Assembly (NCBI GenBank): GCA_036269855.1
Contig: DATBDO010000066.1
Span: forward strand, 1 to 37,051
Length of the DNA stretch: 37,051 nt
Direction of reading: 5' to 3'
From: Mycobacteriales bacterium
GTDB lineage: Bacteria; Actinomycetota; Actinomycetes; JAFAQI01
The translations under genes and the position numbers were made by a program. Shown here in pieces: positions 1-11,796 of this stretch (positions are counted from its first letter, which is position 1; each line of letters begins with the position of its first letter). The notes under the pieces are model-generated. The model had not been told where the DNA came from, ran no database searches, and saw only the letters and a program-made list of their open reading frames with translations.

Positions 1-282
1 ACGCACTGGGCGGTCCCGCTTGGTGTGGCGGACGGTAGCGGCTGGTCCCGGCCGGCGCCAGTGACGTCGCGGCGTGTCCGACCTGTCCGCGCCGACGCCG
101 GACGGCGGGCCCGCCGAAGTGCCCAGCGCCAGCCCCGGAACGGCCACGCGGGCGCGGCCCGTGGGCACTTTCGTGGGCACATGTTGAACGCGAATCGCGC
201 GGTCTGCACCATGCCAGACCTGACGAAGAGTCACCCGCCCACGCTCAGTCCGCGGCCACGTCGCTCCGCTGCGTGACAATCC

Positions 283-322
283 GACGAATGCGTCGGGAGT
301 TCGAATCCCGCCATCCCGACCA
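283..322 (+). pseudogene. Orphan tRNA-Pro-like 3' fragment (3' anticodon-stem strand, variable region, T arm, acceptor 3' strand plus CCA) with no 5' half
   Basis: The sequence GACGAATGCGTCGGGAGTTCGAATCCCGCCATCCCGACCA has a GTTCGAATC T-loop and a CATCCCG-A-CCA end, as in tRNA-Pro 3' ends. The complementary 5' acceptor strand CGGGATG is absent upstream. The T-stem strands GGGAG/CCCGC do not pair canonically. Confidence 0.35.
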
Positions 323-395
323 AACGTGACGGACCGCCGTACCGGCTGGAAAGCCGGCGCGGCACGCCGCGGATGATCTTGGTACATGATCACTC

Positions 396-905
396 TTGTG
401 GTGCAGTTGTGACGTGGTGACGCGTCGGCTCCGGGTGGAAATCATCCGGTTCGGTCTGCTGCTCACGGTGACCGTTGCCCTGGTCAGCGTCGCCACCCGC
501 CACAACGACCACAGTTCCGGCCGCAACGAGGCCGCGCGTGGACATCAACCGTCTGCCACGGCCACCCCCGCCACGGGTGGGACCGCCGCGCCATCGTCGC
601 TGGGCCCGTCGCCGAGCACCACGTCGTCAAGCCCGTCTCCCGCCGCCGGCTCCGGGGGCACCGACGGGGCGAGCGACACCAGTGAGCCGGGACAGGTGGG
701 CAGCGTGCCGACCCTGCCTCGAACCGGCGGCACGCAGGCCATCGATCTCGCTGCCTTGGCCGCGCTCTTCATCGCCGCCGGCAGCTTCGGGATGCGGGTC
801 TCGCAACCCCGACCTACTCAGGCAGGCGAGGCGGCGGCAGCAGCGCTCGCGCAGGCCACACATGCCGTCGCGTCGTCCGGGTCGAACCGGCCCGGCACCG
901 TCTGA
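396..905 (+). CDS. Putative small Ser/Pro/Thr-rich surface protein with an LPRTG sortase-like motif
   Basis: It has an N-terminal RR plus hydrophobic segment (RRLRVEIIRFGLLLTVTVALVSVA), a low-complexity S/P/T/G linker, then LPRTG followed by a hydrophobic stretch (AIDLAALAALFIAAGSFG) and Arg. GC3 is high in the first two thirds. An atypical tail of about 40 aa follows the anchor, and the start is uncertain. Confidence 0.4.
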   Translation: MWCSCDVVTRRLRVEIIRFGLLLTVTVALVSVATRHNDHSSGRNEAARGHQPSATATPATGGTAAPSSLGPSPSTTSSSPSPAAGSGGTDGASDTSEPGQVGSVPTLPRTGGTQAIDLAALAALFIAAGSFGMRVSQPRPTQAGEAAAAALAQATHAVASSGSNRPGTV

Positions 906-1080
906 ACGATCCGCCCGGCACCGCACAACGCGGACGCACCGTCGATGCGCTTCTTGACGGCATGCAGCCGCTCGTCCGCTGAAACGTGACCCGCTTCGTA
1001 CTGAGTGGCAGGCACGGTGATGACGGTACTGCGATTGCAGGCCCAACGGCTCGAACCTGCGTGTCGTCAGACTGTCGGTC

Positions 1081-4578
<3,498 letters not shown>

Positions 4579-4701
4579 CGGACAATGACCTTTCTGGGCA
4601 CTCTGTGGGGCACTTCAGGCGTGGCGGACGCTGCTCAGTCTACGGAAGTGCGCTGGCGTGCTTGACTTTCCCGCGTGGTGGGCGGGCGGTTCCGGTTGGG
4701 T

Positions 4702-5400
4702 ATGACGACGGTGGCCGCAGCGGCCGCCGCTTTGTCCACGGGCTGCACCGGCAGCTCGACGCCGACCCCCGCTCCGACCTCGACCAGCCCCAGCCCGGCG
4801 ACCAGCGCGCCGGCCTCGGTCGCTCAGCAGCTCCAACAGTTGGCCGAGCTAGGGACCAAGGCTGTCTTCCACGGCACCTATCTCGTCCGGCAGCGGCATC
4901 CGACCAGCCGCGCCACGTGGCAGGTGTGGCGGACGCACAGCTCGCTGCGAGTCGACGTCCGCACGAGGCATGTCACGGCCACGCTCATCCGTACGCCGCG
5001 CGCAACCTATTCGTGTCGACGGTCAGGACATCGAAAGACGTGCTTCCGGGTGGCGAAGGCCAACAAACCGATCCCGGCGCCGTTCCGGTTGCTCGCAGAG
5101 CGGTTGTTCTCCGACAGCCTCGCGAGACTTGCCGGCCGTCCCCACTCCTACACCGTCTCGGCTCCCGCAACGGGAAGTGTTCACGTCCCGACGAACGGCG
5201 GAGCGTGCTTCAAAGTCTTGGTGCCGAAGAACCAGAGCACCAATCTTGCGACGGCGACCTACTGCTTGAACCCGTCGGGCATCTTCACCGCCGTGGTCTA
5301 TCCGAGCGGCAACGTCGTACGCGTGGACCACGTCACGACGCGGGCGCCGAGCAGCGACGCGTTTCACCCGTACTCCTCGCCGACGCCACTGCCGGGCTGA
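4702..5400 (+). CDS. Putative secreted protein or lipoprotein
   Basis: The N-terminus MTTVAAAAAALSTGC is lipobox-like with a Cys, followed by an S/T/P-rich linker. There is no recognisable catalytic motif. An alternative GTG start lies at 4675. Confidence 0.55.
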   Translation: MTTVAAAAAALSTGCTGSSTPTPAPTSTSPSPATSAPASVAQQLQQLAELGTKAVFHGTYLVRQRHPTSRATWQVWRTHSSLRVDVRTRHVTATLIRTPRATYSCRRSGHRKTCFRVAKANKPIPAPFRLLAERLFSDSLARLAGRPHSYTVSAPATGSVHVPTNGGACFKVLVPKNQSTNLATATYCLNPSGIFTAVVYPSGNVVRVDHVTTRAPSSDAFHPYSSPTPLPG

Positions 5401-5403
5401 TCG

Positions 5404-6003
5404 TCAGACGTCGAGAAGCCGGCGACCTTCGAACGCGCGACCGAGGGTGACCTCGTCGGCGTACTCGAGATCGCCACCGACCGGCAGGCCGCTCGCGAGT
5501 CTCGTCACCCGCAGGTCCATCGGCTTGACCAGCCGGGCGAGGTAGGTCGCGGTCGCCTCGCCCTCGAGGTTGGGGTCGGTGGCAAGGATCAGCTCGGTCA
5601 CTGCGCCGTCAGCCAGGCGCTGCATCAGTTCACGGATGCGCAGGTCATCGGGACCGACGCCCTCGATCGGTGAGATCGCACCACCGAGGACGTGGTAGCG
5701 ACCGCGGAACTCCCGCGTCTTCTCGATGGCAACGACATCTTTGGGCTCCTCGACGACGCAGATCACCGTCTCGTCGCGGCGCGGATCGCGGCAGATCTTG
5801 CACTGCTCTTCTTCCGTGACGTTGCCGCAGACGGAGCAGAACCGGACTTTGTCCTTGACCTCGGTCAGTGCGGTGACGAGTCGTCGCACGTCGACCGGAT
5901 CGGCGGCGAGGAGGTGGAACGCGATCCGTTGCGCGCCCTTGGGACCGACACCCGGCAACCGGCCGAGCTCGTCGATGAGGTCCTGGACCGCGCCTTCGTA
6001 CAC
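5404..6003 (-). CDS. recR: Recombination protein RecR
   Basis: The protein begins [32 protein letters not shown] (HhH motif). It has a C4 zinc finger (CSVCGN..CKIC) and a Toprim region. I trimmed the start to GTG at 6003, 4 nt after the ybaB stop. Confidence 0.93.
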   Translation of the reverse strand: MYEGAVQDLIDELGRLPGVGPKGAQRIAFHLLAADPVDVRRLVTALTEVKDKVRFCSVCGNVTEEEQCKICRDPRRDETVICVVEEPKDVVAIEKTREFRGRYHVLGGAISPIEGVGPDDLRIRELMQRLADGAVTELILATDPNLEGEATATYLARLVKPMDLRVTRLASGLPVGGDLEYADEVTLGRAFEGRRLLDV

Positions 6004-6007
6004 CGGA

Positions 6008-6325
6008 TCAGATGCCCGGCAGACCCAGCCCGCCGGCGAGCGGACCCATCTTCTCCTCGGTGAGCTCCGCGGCCGAACGCGCGGCATCGCGCACCGCCGC
6101 GACCACGAGATCCTGCAACGTCTCGACGTCGTCCGGATCGACCGCCTTCGGGTCGATCACGAGACTGCGGAGCTCGCCCGAGCCGCTCATCGTGGCGCGC
6201 ACCAGGCCGCCGCCTGCGTGACCCTCGACCTCGAGATCAGCGAGCTCGGCCTGGGCGGACATCAGCTGCTGCTGCATCTGCTGTGCCTGCTTCATGAGCT
6301 GCTGCATGTTGGGTTGCGCCGGCAT
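6008..6325 (-). CDS. ybaB: YbaB/EbfC family nucleoid-associated protein
   Basis: This 105-aa protein begins [16 protein letters not shown] and lies in the conserved dnaX-ybaB-recR position. Confidence 0.93.
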   Translation of the reverse strand: MPAQPNMQQLMKQAQQMQQQLMSAQAELADLEVEGHAGGGLVRATMSGSGELRSLVIDPKAVDPDDVETLQDLVVAAVRDAARSAAELTEEKMGPLAGGLGLPGI

Positions 6326-6354
6326 GGGGCCAGCGTACGTCGTCCGCCCGCCGA

Positions 6355-8094
6355 TCAGCTGCCGTCGATGCGGTCGATGACCTGCGCACTCAGCTCGGAT
6401 TGCAACAGGGCGAGAGCGTCAGCCGGACCGGTCTCCGGCGTAGCGTCGTCATCGTCGTCGTCGGTGAGGTCGACCACCTCGGTCTCGGAGTCGGCCACCG
6501 GAGCAGCCTCCGACGAGGCGGCAGGCGCCGCGGGCGTCTTGGCCGGCTCGTCTTCAGCGGTCACGCGGATGGTCAGGTCGAGGCCGGCGACCTCTCGCAG
6601 CGCGTCGCGGAAGAAGTCGCTGCGCGCCTCGAACTGTTTGCCGATGGCGGCCTTGGAGAACGTCAGCGTCACCGTCTTGGCATCCACCGCGCCGACCCGG
6701 GCGTACTGGTTGAGCATTGCGTGTGCAGACCGGTTGCGCTGCTTGACGGCATCGAGCACGTCGTCCCACAACCGGCGCAAGGCAGCGACGTCGACGGCGC
6801 CCGGGACGGGGGCGGGTCCCGAGTCCTCGGCCGGTGGTTGCACGGCTTCGGTCGCTGCCTGCTCCGGCGCCGGCGCTGCGACGGGAGTCGGCGGGCCCGA
6901 CGTCGGTGGCGTCGGCTCCATGACCGACGGCGCCATCGACAAGCGCCGCTCGAGCCGGTCGAGCCGGGCGATGAGCGCCTCCGGGTCGGCAGATGCGCCG
7001 GGCAGCAGGATCCGTGCGCAGGCCAACTCGAGCACGAGCCGGGGGGACGTCGTACCGCGCATGTCGATCAACGCCTGGGCCATCACGTCGGCGGCGCGCG
7101 TCAGTCCGGGCCGGCCGAACCGCGCCGCCTGGCCGCGCATCCGTTCGAGCTCGTCGGCCGGGAGGTCGAGCAGGCCGGTCTCGCCGGCGTCGGGCACGGC
7201 GTCGAGCACGAGCAGGTCACGGAACCGCTCGAGGAGATCCTGCGCGAACCGGCGCGGGTCGAGACCCGCCTCGACGACCCGGTCGACGGCCTGGAAGACG
7301 GCGCCGCCATCGGCGGCGGTGAAGGCGTCGACGGTCTCGTCGAGCAGCGCGGCGTCGGTGTAGCCCAGAATCGACAGCGCCCGGTCGTAGCTGACACCGC
7401 TCTCGTCGGCGCCGGCGGCGAGCTGGTCGAGAACGGACAGCGCGTCCCGGGCCGAGCCGGCGCCGGCGCGCACGACGAGTGGCAGCACCAGTGGATCGAC
7501 GTCGATGCCTTCGCGGGCGCACAAGCCGGCGAGGAACTCGCGCAGGATTGCAGGTGGGATCAGCCGGAACCGGTAGTGAAAGGTGCGCGACTTGATGGTC
7601 GACAGCACCTTGTCCGGCTCGGTCGTGGCGAAGATGAACTTGACATGTGGCGGTGGCTCCTCGACGACCTTGAGCAGCGCGTTGAACGCCGCCTGGCTGA
7701 TCATGTGAGCCTCGTCGATGATGTAGATCTTGTACGCCGACGAGACAGGCGCGAAGAACGCGCGCTCGCGCAGATCGCGCGCGTCGTCGACGAGACCGTG
7801 CGAGGCGGCGTCGATCTCGATGACGTCGAGACTTCCCGGGCCGTTAGGCGCCAACGCCACGCACGAGTCGCACTCGCCGCACGGCGTCGGTGTCGGGCCT
7901 TGTGCGCAGTTGAGTGACCGGGCGAGGATGCGCGCACTGGACGTCTTGCCACAGCCGCGCGGACCACTGAACAGATAAGCGTGATGGATGCGCCCACTGC
8001 GCAGTGCCTGCTGCAAGGGCTCGGTGACGTGCTCTTGACCAACGACCTCAGCGAACGACGCAGGCCGGTATTTTCGGTAAAGCGCCAAGGACAC
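6355..8094 (-). CDS. dnaX: DNA polymerase III subunit gamma/tau
   Basis: The N-terminus [19 protein letters not shown], the Walker A motif GPRGCGKTS, a Zn module (CGECDSC) and the IIDEAHM box are all present. The C-terminal half is low-complexity and Pro/Ala-rich. Confidence 0.93.
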   Translation of the reverse strand: MSLALYRKYRPASFAEVVGQEHVTEPLQQALRSGRIHHAYLFSGPRGCGKTSSARILARSLNCAQGPTPTPCGECDSCVALAPNGPGSLDVIEIDAASHGLVDDARDLRERAFFAPVSSAYKIYIIDEAHMISQAAFNALLKVVEEPPPHVKFIFATTEPDKVLSTIKSRTFHYRFRLIPPAILREFLAGLCAREGIDVDPLVLPLVVRAGAGSARDALSVLDQLAAGADESGVSYDRALSILGYTDAALLDETVDAFTAADGGAVFQAVDRVVEAGLDPRRFAQDLLERFRDLLVLDAVPDAGETGLLDLPADELERMRGQAARFGRPGLTRAADVMAQALIDMRGTTSPRLVLELACARILLPGASADPEALIARLDRLERRLSMAPSVMEPTPPTSGPPTPVAAPAPEQAATEAVQPPAEDSGPAPVPGAVDVAALRRLWDDVLDAVKQRNRSAHAMLNQYARVGAVDAKTVTLTFSKAAIGKQFEARSDFFRDALREVAGLDLTIRVTAEDEPAKTPAAPAASSEAAPVADSETEVVDLTDDDDDDATPETGPADALALLQSELSAQVIDRIDGS

Positions 8095-8114
8095 GCGATC
8101 ACTCCGCTTGCGAA

Positions 8115-8210
8115 CAGGGACCCCTCGGACACCCGCCAGAGCCCGCTTACCCTTGCTGCCTTCCGGCCCTGGGGGGGTTGGGCGGGGTAACGCCGCCCGA
8201 GGGGTCGAGA
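8115..8210 (-). ncRNA. ffs: Signal recognition particle RNA (small bacterial SRP / 4.5S-type); ends approximate
   Basis: The minus strand reads CCCCUCGGGCGG...CAGGGCCGGAAGGCAGCAAGGGUAAGC...GGCGGGUGUCCGAGGGG. It contains the conserved domain IV core (GGAAGGCAGC, compare E. coli GGAAGGAAGCAGC) and terminal pairing CCCCUCGG/CCGAGGGG. It lies immediately upstream of dnaX, as in many bacteria. Confidence 0.8.
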
Positions 8211-8249
8211 TCGACTCTAGCCGGGTGCCCCGACATTAGACTCGCCCGC

Positions 8250-8337
8250 GGAGGATTCGCCTAGTTGGCCTAGGGCGCACGCTTGGAAAGCGTGTTGGGG
8301 GCAACCCCTCGCGAGTTCGAATCTCGCATCCTCCGCC
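8250..8337 (+). tRNA. tRNA-Ser (anticodon GGA)
   Basis: The acceptor is GGAGGAT/ATCCTCC, the anticodon loop is TTGGAAA, there is a long variable arm, and the T arm is GCGAG-TTCGAAT-CTCGC. Confidence 0.93.
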
Positions 8338-8358
8338 GAGAACGATGCACCGGTCGCG

Positions 8359-9669
8359 TCAGCTGACGCGCAGGCTCTCCACCATGCCGGGGAAGTCCGA
8401 GCGGGCCTTCAGGCTGCCGCCGCTCATGAAGACCACTTCGACGATCGCGCCGGGGCGGGGCAGATAGACCAACGTCCCGGCGTGCCCCTGCGCCGTGATG
8501 TCGACCTCGACCGCCGGCCCGGCCGGCAGCTTGACTTCGCGTGCCGAGCTCGCATCGACGCCGAGGTCGACGCCGTCGACGGACAGCAGCCCGGCTTGCA
8601 AGCGGGCGAGCATCGTGGCGGTCGTGGGGGTCGCCGCCGATGGCTCTTGCTGAACGAGCAACGCAGACTCGGAGGGCCCTTCGAGGACGAGCCCGCCGCC
8701 GACTTCGCTGCCGGTGTGCTGCCGCCAGCCGCCCGGCGCCTTGATGGAGATGCCGCCCGACGTGATCGTCGTCGCGGGCGCGAGAACGATCGCCAGCGCG
8801 GCGACGGTCAATACACCGTTGAACGCGGCGTGCGCGGCCATCGACCCGGCCAGCCCACGCTTCATGTAGATCCGACCGAGCATGCAGCCCATCAGGCTGT
8901 AGTAGACGAGCGGTACGACGGCGATGTTGAGGTGCCAGAGGGCGAAGCAGACCGCCGACGTCAGGAGCGCGGCCGTGGCCGACCGCGCGCGCATCGACTC
9001 CAGCAGCAGCCCCCGGAACAGCGTCTCCTCGACCAACGGGGCGCAGACCACGGCGATGCCGAAGCCCACGACGATGTGCGCGACATCGCCTTCGCTCATC
9101 ACGGTCACGAAGCGCGCGTCGCTGCCGAGATGCCCGCTCGCCGTAGTGACCAGCCAGACCATGCCGGCGCCGAGAGCGACGCCGTACACGGCCCCGACAA
9201 GGATCGATCGGGCCGGCCGGCCGCGATGCCACCGCAACGAGACGCCGGGTACGAGTCGCGTGACGATGAGGCCGCCGACCAGCACATAGACGCCGAGGGT
9301 GAGAACGATGGCGTACCGGATGTATGTCGCGGGCTCCAGCCGGTCGTTGTGCCCGAGCGCCCACGAAACGACGGTGGCCACGATGCCGATGCCGATCGCG
9401 ATGGCGACGAGCGCCAGCGCCGAGCCACTCAGCATCGGGCGAGCAGTCTCGGCGTGAACCGGCAGGGCCACGGCTCGCGTCGGGTCGACCCGGTCGACCG
9501 GCGGCGCCTCCGAGAGGCCGAACCGGTTGATGCCCGCAGGAGCGCCGGCGCCGACCAGCGGTCGGGTCAGGCGATCGGCTTCCGCGACGGCTGGCAGCGG
9601 CGTGAAGCACTGACCGCACCACGCCGAGTCGGCGGGTGAGGTAGCCGCACAGGCCGGGCAAATGCGCAC
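8359..9669 (-). CDS. CPBP (CAAX/Abi) family intramembrane glutamic protease with N-terminal zinc ribbon and C-terminal extracytoplasmic domain
   Basis: The N-terminus is CPACAA..WCGQC. The multi-TM core carries the EETLFRGLL (EExxxR), FALWH (FxxxH) and HAAFN motifs. A non-TM tail of about 130 aa has unknown fold. Confidence 0.85.
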   Translation of the reverse strand: MRICPACAATSPADSAWCGQCFTPLPAVAEADRLTRPLVGAGAPAGINRFGLSEAPPVDRVDPTRAVALPVHAETARPMLSGSALALVAIAIGIGIVATVVSWALGHNDRLEPATYIRYAIVLTLGVYVLVGGLIVTRLVPGVSLRWHRGRPARSILVGAVYGVALGAGMVWLVTTASGHLGSDARFVTVMSEGDVAHIVVGFGIAVVCAPLVEETLFRGLLLESMRARSATAALLTSAVCFALWHLNIAVVPLVYYSLMGCMLGRIYMKRGLAGSMAAHAAFNGVLTVAALAIVLAPATTITSGGISIKAPGGWRQHTGSEVGGGLVLEGPSESALLVQQEPSAATPTTATMLARLQAGLLSVDGVDLGVDASSAREVKLPAGPAVEVDITAQGHAGTLVYLPRPGAIVEVVFMSGGSLKARSDFPGMVESLRVS

Positions 9670-9733
9670 CTCGTCCTATCGGCGCAGACCCGGACCCCCT
9701 TGACGGACAGGTCGCTGCCCGGCTTGTCCCGTT

Positions 9734-9823
9734 TGGCGGTGGAGGTGGGATTTGAACCCACGGAGGAGTTGCCCCCTCACACGCTTTCGAGGCGTGCTCC
9801 TTCGGCCGCTCGGACACTCCACC
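9734..9823 (-). tRNA. tRNA-Ser (anticodon CGA), CCA encoded
   Basis: The minus strand reads GGTGGAGTGTCCGAGCGG...CACGC-CTCGAAA-GCGTG...GGGTTCAAATCCC..CTCCACCGCCA, with a long variable arm. Confidence 0.93.
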
Positions 9824-9833
9824 GTCGGCAAGC

Positions 9834-10328
9834 CTAGCCGAGCGGCGTCGTCCCACGTTTGCGCTCGAACCAGCCTCGGAGCAGCTCCTGACACTCGTCG
9901 ACGAGCACGCCGGTGACGACCTCGGGGCGGTGGTTGAGCCTGCGATCCCGTACGACGTCCCACAACGATCCGACCGCACCGGCCTTGGGGTCCTCGGCGC
10001 CGTAGACCAGCCGGGACAAACGCGACAGCACGGTGGCGCCGGCACACATCGTGCAGGGTTCGAGGGTGACGACCAGGGTGCAGTCCTCGAGCCGCCACGA
10101 CTGCCGGCGCTCCGCCGCCGCCCGGATCGCGAGGACCTCGGCATGCGCCGTCGGGTCGTTCCTCGACTCACGTTCGTTGTGTCCGGCGCCGACCACGCCA
10201 CCCTTGGCGTCGACAACCACGGCGCCCACCGGCACGTCGCCGACCGCGTCGGCTTCGCGCGCTTGCGCCAACGCGAGCCGCATCAGCTCCTCGTCCGCGG
10301 CCCGGCGGAAGTCAGCGGCCCGGCTCAC
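9834..10328 (-). CDS. tadA: tRNA-specific adenosine deaminase
   Basis: The CDA zinc motifs HAEVLAI and LEPCTMCAG are present. The GTG start overlaps the upstream gene's stop as GTGA. Confidence 0.93.
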   Translation of the reverse strand: MSRAADFRRAADEELMRLALAQAREADAVGDVPVGAVVVDAKGGVVGAGHNERESRNDPTAHAEVLAIRAAAERRQSWRLEDCTLVVTLEPCTMCAGATVLSRLSRLVYGAEDPKAGAVGSLWDVVRDRRLNHRPEVVTGVLVDECQELLRGWFERKRGTTPLG

Positions 10329-10843
10329 GCCAGCCGCAGCGCATCCAAGGCGTCGAGGCAGCCCGCGTTCTCGCAGAGCGTGCTGATGATGTCGGCCGGG
10401 AGCTGGCCTTCCTCCGCGCAGAGCGCGATCAACCGGGCGGACGGCGTACCGAGATCGGCGAGGACATCGGGGTCGCCGACCGGGTCGCCGCTCGTCTGGA
10501 CGCCGTTGTCGTCGTCGTCATCCCCGTCGTCGTCCTCGTTGTCGTCGTCGTCGTCCCGTGGCTCAGCAACCGCCGCAGCCTCGCCGAGCATCGCGCCGAG
10601 CTCGCTCGACTCCATCGCCCGCCCGTCGGAGAGGAAGACACGCGGATCTCCGTCCTCACCGACGCGCACGATTGCGAACCACTCGTCGTCCTCCTCGACG
10701 AACATCAGCTGGAGGTCGGCGTCGTCGCTGTAGCGGCGCATCTCCTCGATGACACCGTCGAGATCCTCGACGTCTTTGAGGTCGAGTTCCTCACCGCTCC
10801 AGCCCGAGGCTCGTCGGGAGAGCGCTGCGGCGAAGTGGGGCAC
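10325..10843 (-). CDS. Putative tRNA adenosine deaminase-associated protein (paralog 2, very acidic)
   Basis: It aligns with the upstream paralog at DLDGV, WFAIVRV, and the LSD and GD..ADLG blocks. It contains a DDDDDNEDDDGDDDDDN tract. I chose the GTG start at 10843 because of the GAGAGGA RBS; a TTG alternative lies at 10864. Confidence 0.7.
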   Translation of the reverse strand: MPHFAAALSRRASGWSGEELDLKDVEDLDGVIEEMRRYSDDADLQLMFVEEDDEWFAIVRVGEDGDPRVFLSDGRAMESSELGAMLGEAAAVAEPRDDDDDNEDDDGDDDDDNGVQTSGDPVGDPDVLADLGTPSARLIALCAEEGQLPADIISTLCENAGCLDALDALRLA

Positions 10844-10867
10844 GGTCGTCCTCTCTGGGATCAATAC

Positions 10868-11356
10868 CTAATGAGCCGCTGCCTCGACAGCACGATCGTA
10901 AACATCGGCGAAGCCAAGTCGCCCGGCAATCGCGAGGAGCATCTCGTCTGCGTAGGCGTCCAGATCCGCGAGAACCGCCCCGAGTTCCATCTCGTCGAGC
11001 CCGAGATCCGAGAACATCGACAGGTCGCCGGCCGGCCAGACGTCCTCGAGGTCGTCCTCGCCCGGAGTGTCCATACCGAGGTGCTTGACCACCTGGCTGG
11101 CGAGGTCCCAGGCCACCGCAGCCGTGACATCGGAGAGCAGGAGCCGGACCTCCTCGCCACGCACGCGGACAGCGACGAAGAACTCGTCGGCGACGTTGAC
11201 CAGCCCGATCGAGCCGTTCTCACCCGGCTGCTGGCGGAGCACCCCGACCAGCCCGTCGAGGTCGTCCGTGACCTTCTCGGGGAGCACGCCGGACTGCCAG
11301 ATGCCGTCCTCGCGGTAAACGACGACGGCCAGGCTGTCCTCGGCGTCCCTACTCAC
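10868..11356 (-). CDS. Putative tRNA adenosine deaminase-associated protein (paralog 1)
   Basis: This acidic 162-aa protein has the blocks DLDGLVGVL, EFFVAVRVRG, LLSD and GDLSMFSDLG. It has a GGGAGGAG RBS before the GTG start and lies upstream of tadA, as described for this actinobacterial family. Confidence 0.7.
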   Translation of the reverse strand: MSRDAEDSLAVVVYREDGIWQSGVLPEKVTDDLDGLVGVLRQQPGENGSIGLVNVADEFFVAVRVRGEEVRLLLSDVTAAVAWDLASQVVKHLGMDTPGEDDLEDVWPAGDLSMFSDLGLDEMELGAVLADLDAYADEMLLAIAGRLGFADVYDRAVEAAAH

Positions 11357-11421
11357 TGTGCTCCTCCCATTCGCTCGCGATCGTGGCAGATCACGGCGCG
11401 GGAGTCAGTAGGGCCGGCGCC

Positions 11422-11583
11422 TCAGCAGTGCCGGTAGGTGAGCATCCGATGCAGCTGGTTGGCACGAGCCCGACGAGAGCGTCTCGGAGCCACCCGCTCG
11501 CGCAGCGCCTTGGCCTCGGCCATCTCGGACAGGAACGCGGCGCGGCGGCGCAGCCGTTCACGAGACCTGTCGTCGGCACTCAC
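11422..11583 (-). CDS. Candidate small Arg-rich protein (53 aa), not in the ORF track
   Basis: It has a GTG start, translates as VSADDRSRERLRRRAAFLSEMAEAKALRERVAPRRSRRARANQLHRMLTYRHC and ends in TGA. Third positions are mostly G/C. It fills an otherwise empty 268-nt gap. I recognise no homology. Confidence 0.3.
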   Translation of the reverse strand: MSADDRSRERLRRRAAFLSEMAEAKALRERVAPRRSRRARANQLHRMLTYRHC

Positions 11584-11624
11584 GCACTGTCACCTACCCA
11601 CGACAACCTGTCCGCAATGTCAGA

Positions 11625-11792
11625 TCAGCCTGACTCCGTCAGCTCCTCCGGCGTGCCGGTGCCGAGCAGCTTCAGCGTCCAGGCACGGCGGCAGGACTGG
11701 CACCACCACGTGCCATGCGTGTCATTCAGCGGGCGCAGGTCCTCGTCGCCGCAGTAGGGGCAGTAGAACGGCACCGCGCGCGTCGTCGACAT
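11625..11792 (-). CDS. Small zinc-ribbon protein coupled to sirA (55 aa)
   Basis: The sequence MSTTRAVPFYCPYCGDEDL...WWCQSCRRAW contains CxxC...CxxC. Its ATG lies 4 nt after the sirA stop. The longer track ORF overlaps the sirA 3' end, so I trimmed it. Confidence 0.6.
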   Translation of the reverse strand: MSTTRAVPFYCPYCGDEDLRPLNDTHGTWWCQSCRRAWTLKLLGTGTPEELTESG

Positions 11793-11796
11793 GGCG

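Noticed and set aside
1-322. Possibility that the tRNA-like 3' end at 322 is the end of a tmRNA (ssrA) whose 5' end lies outside the window
   Set aside because: The 3' terminus is ...CCCGACCA rather than the near-universal tmRNA ...CUCCACCA, which carries the G-U alanine identity. No tag-peptide reading frame ending in a ...ALAA-type sequence is visible upstream.
5726-7917. Long plus-strand ORFs (545 aa and 505 aa) opposite recR, ybaB and dnaX
   Set aside because: They are antisense shadow ORFs of strongly supported genes, with Ser/Arg/Ala-rich composition and no motifs.
6355-8094. Programmed ribosomal frameshift site in dnaX (A AAA AAG type, as in E. coli)
   Set aside because: I saw no A-rich slippery heptamer anywhere in the gene. 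The longest T run on the plus strand is 4 nt.
8270-10216. 648-aa minus-strand ORF, the longest ORF in this region
   Set aside because: It reads through two tRNA-Ser genes. It is out of frame with two well-supported genes, the CPBP protease and tadA. Its sequence is Arg/Pro/Ala-rich low-complexity, typical of off-frame translation in GC-rich DNA.
11391-11579. 62-aa track ORF (MPTTGLVNGCAAAPRS...)
   Set aside because: Its composition looks off-frame. The alternative GTG frame at 11422..11583 has better third-position G/C bias, although that frame is itself only a weak candidate.
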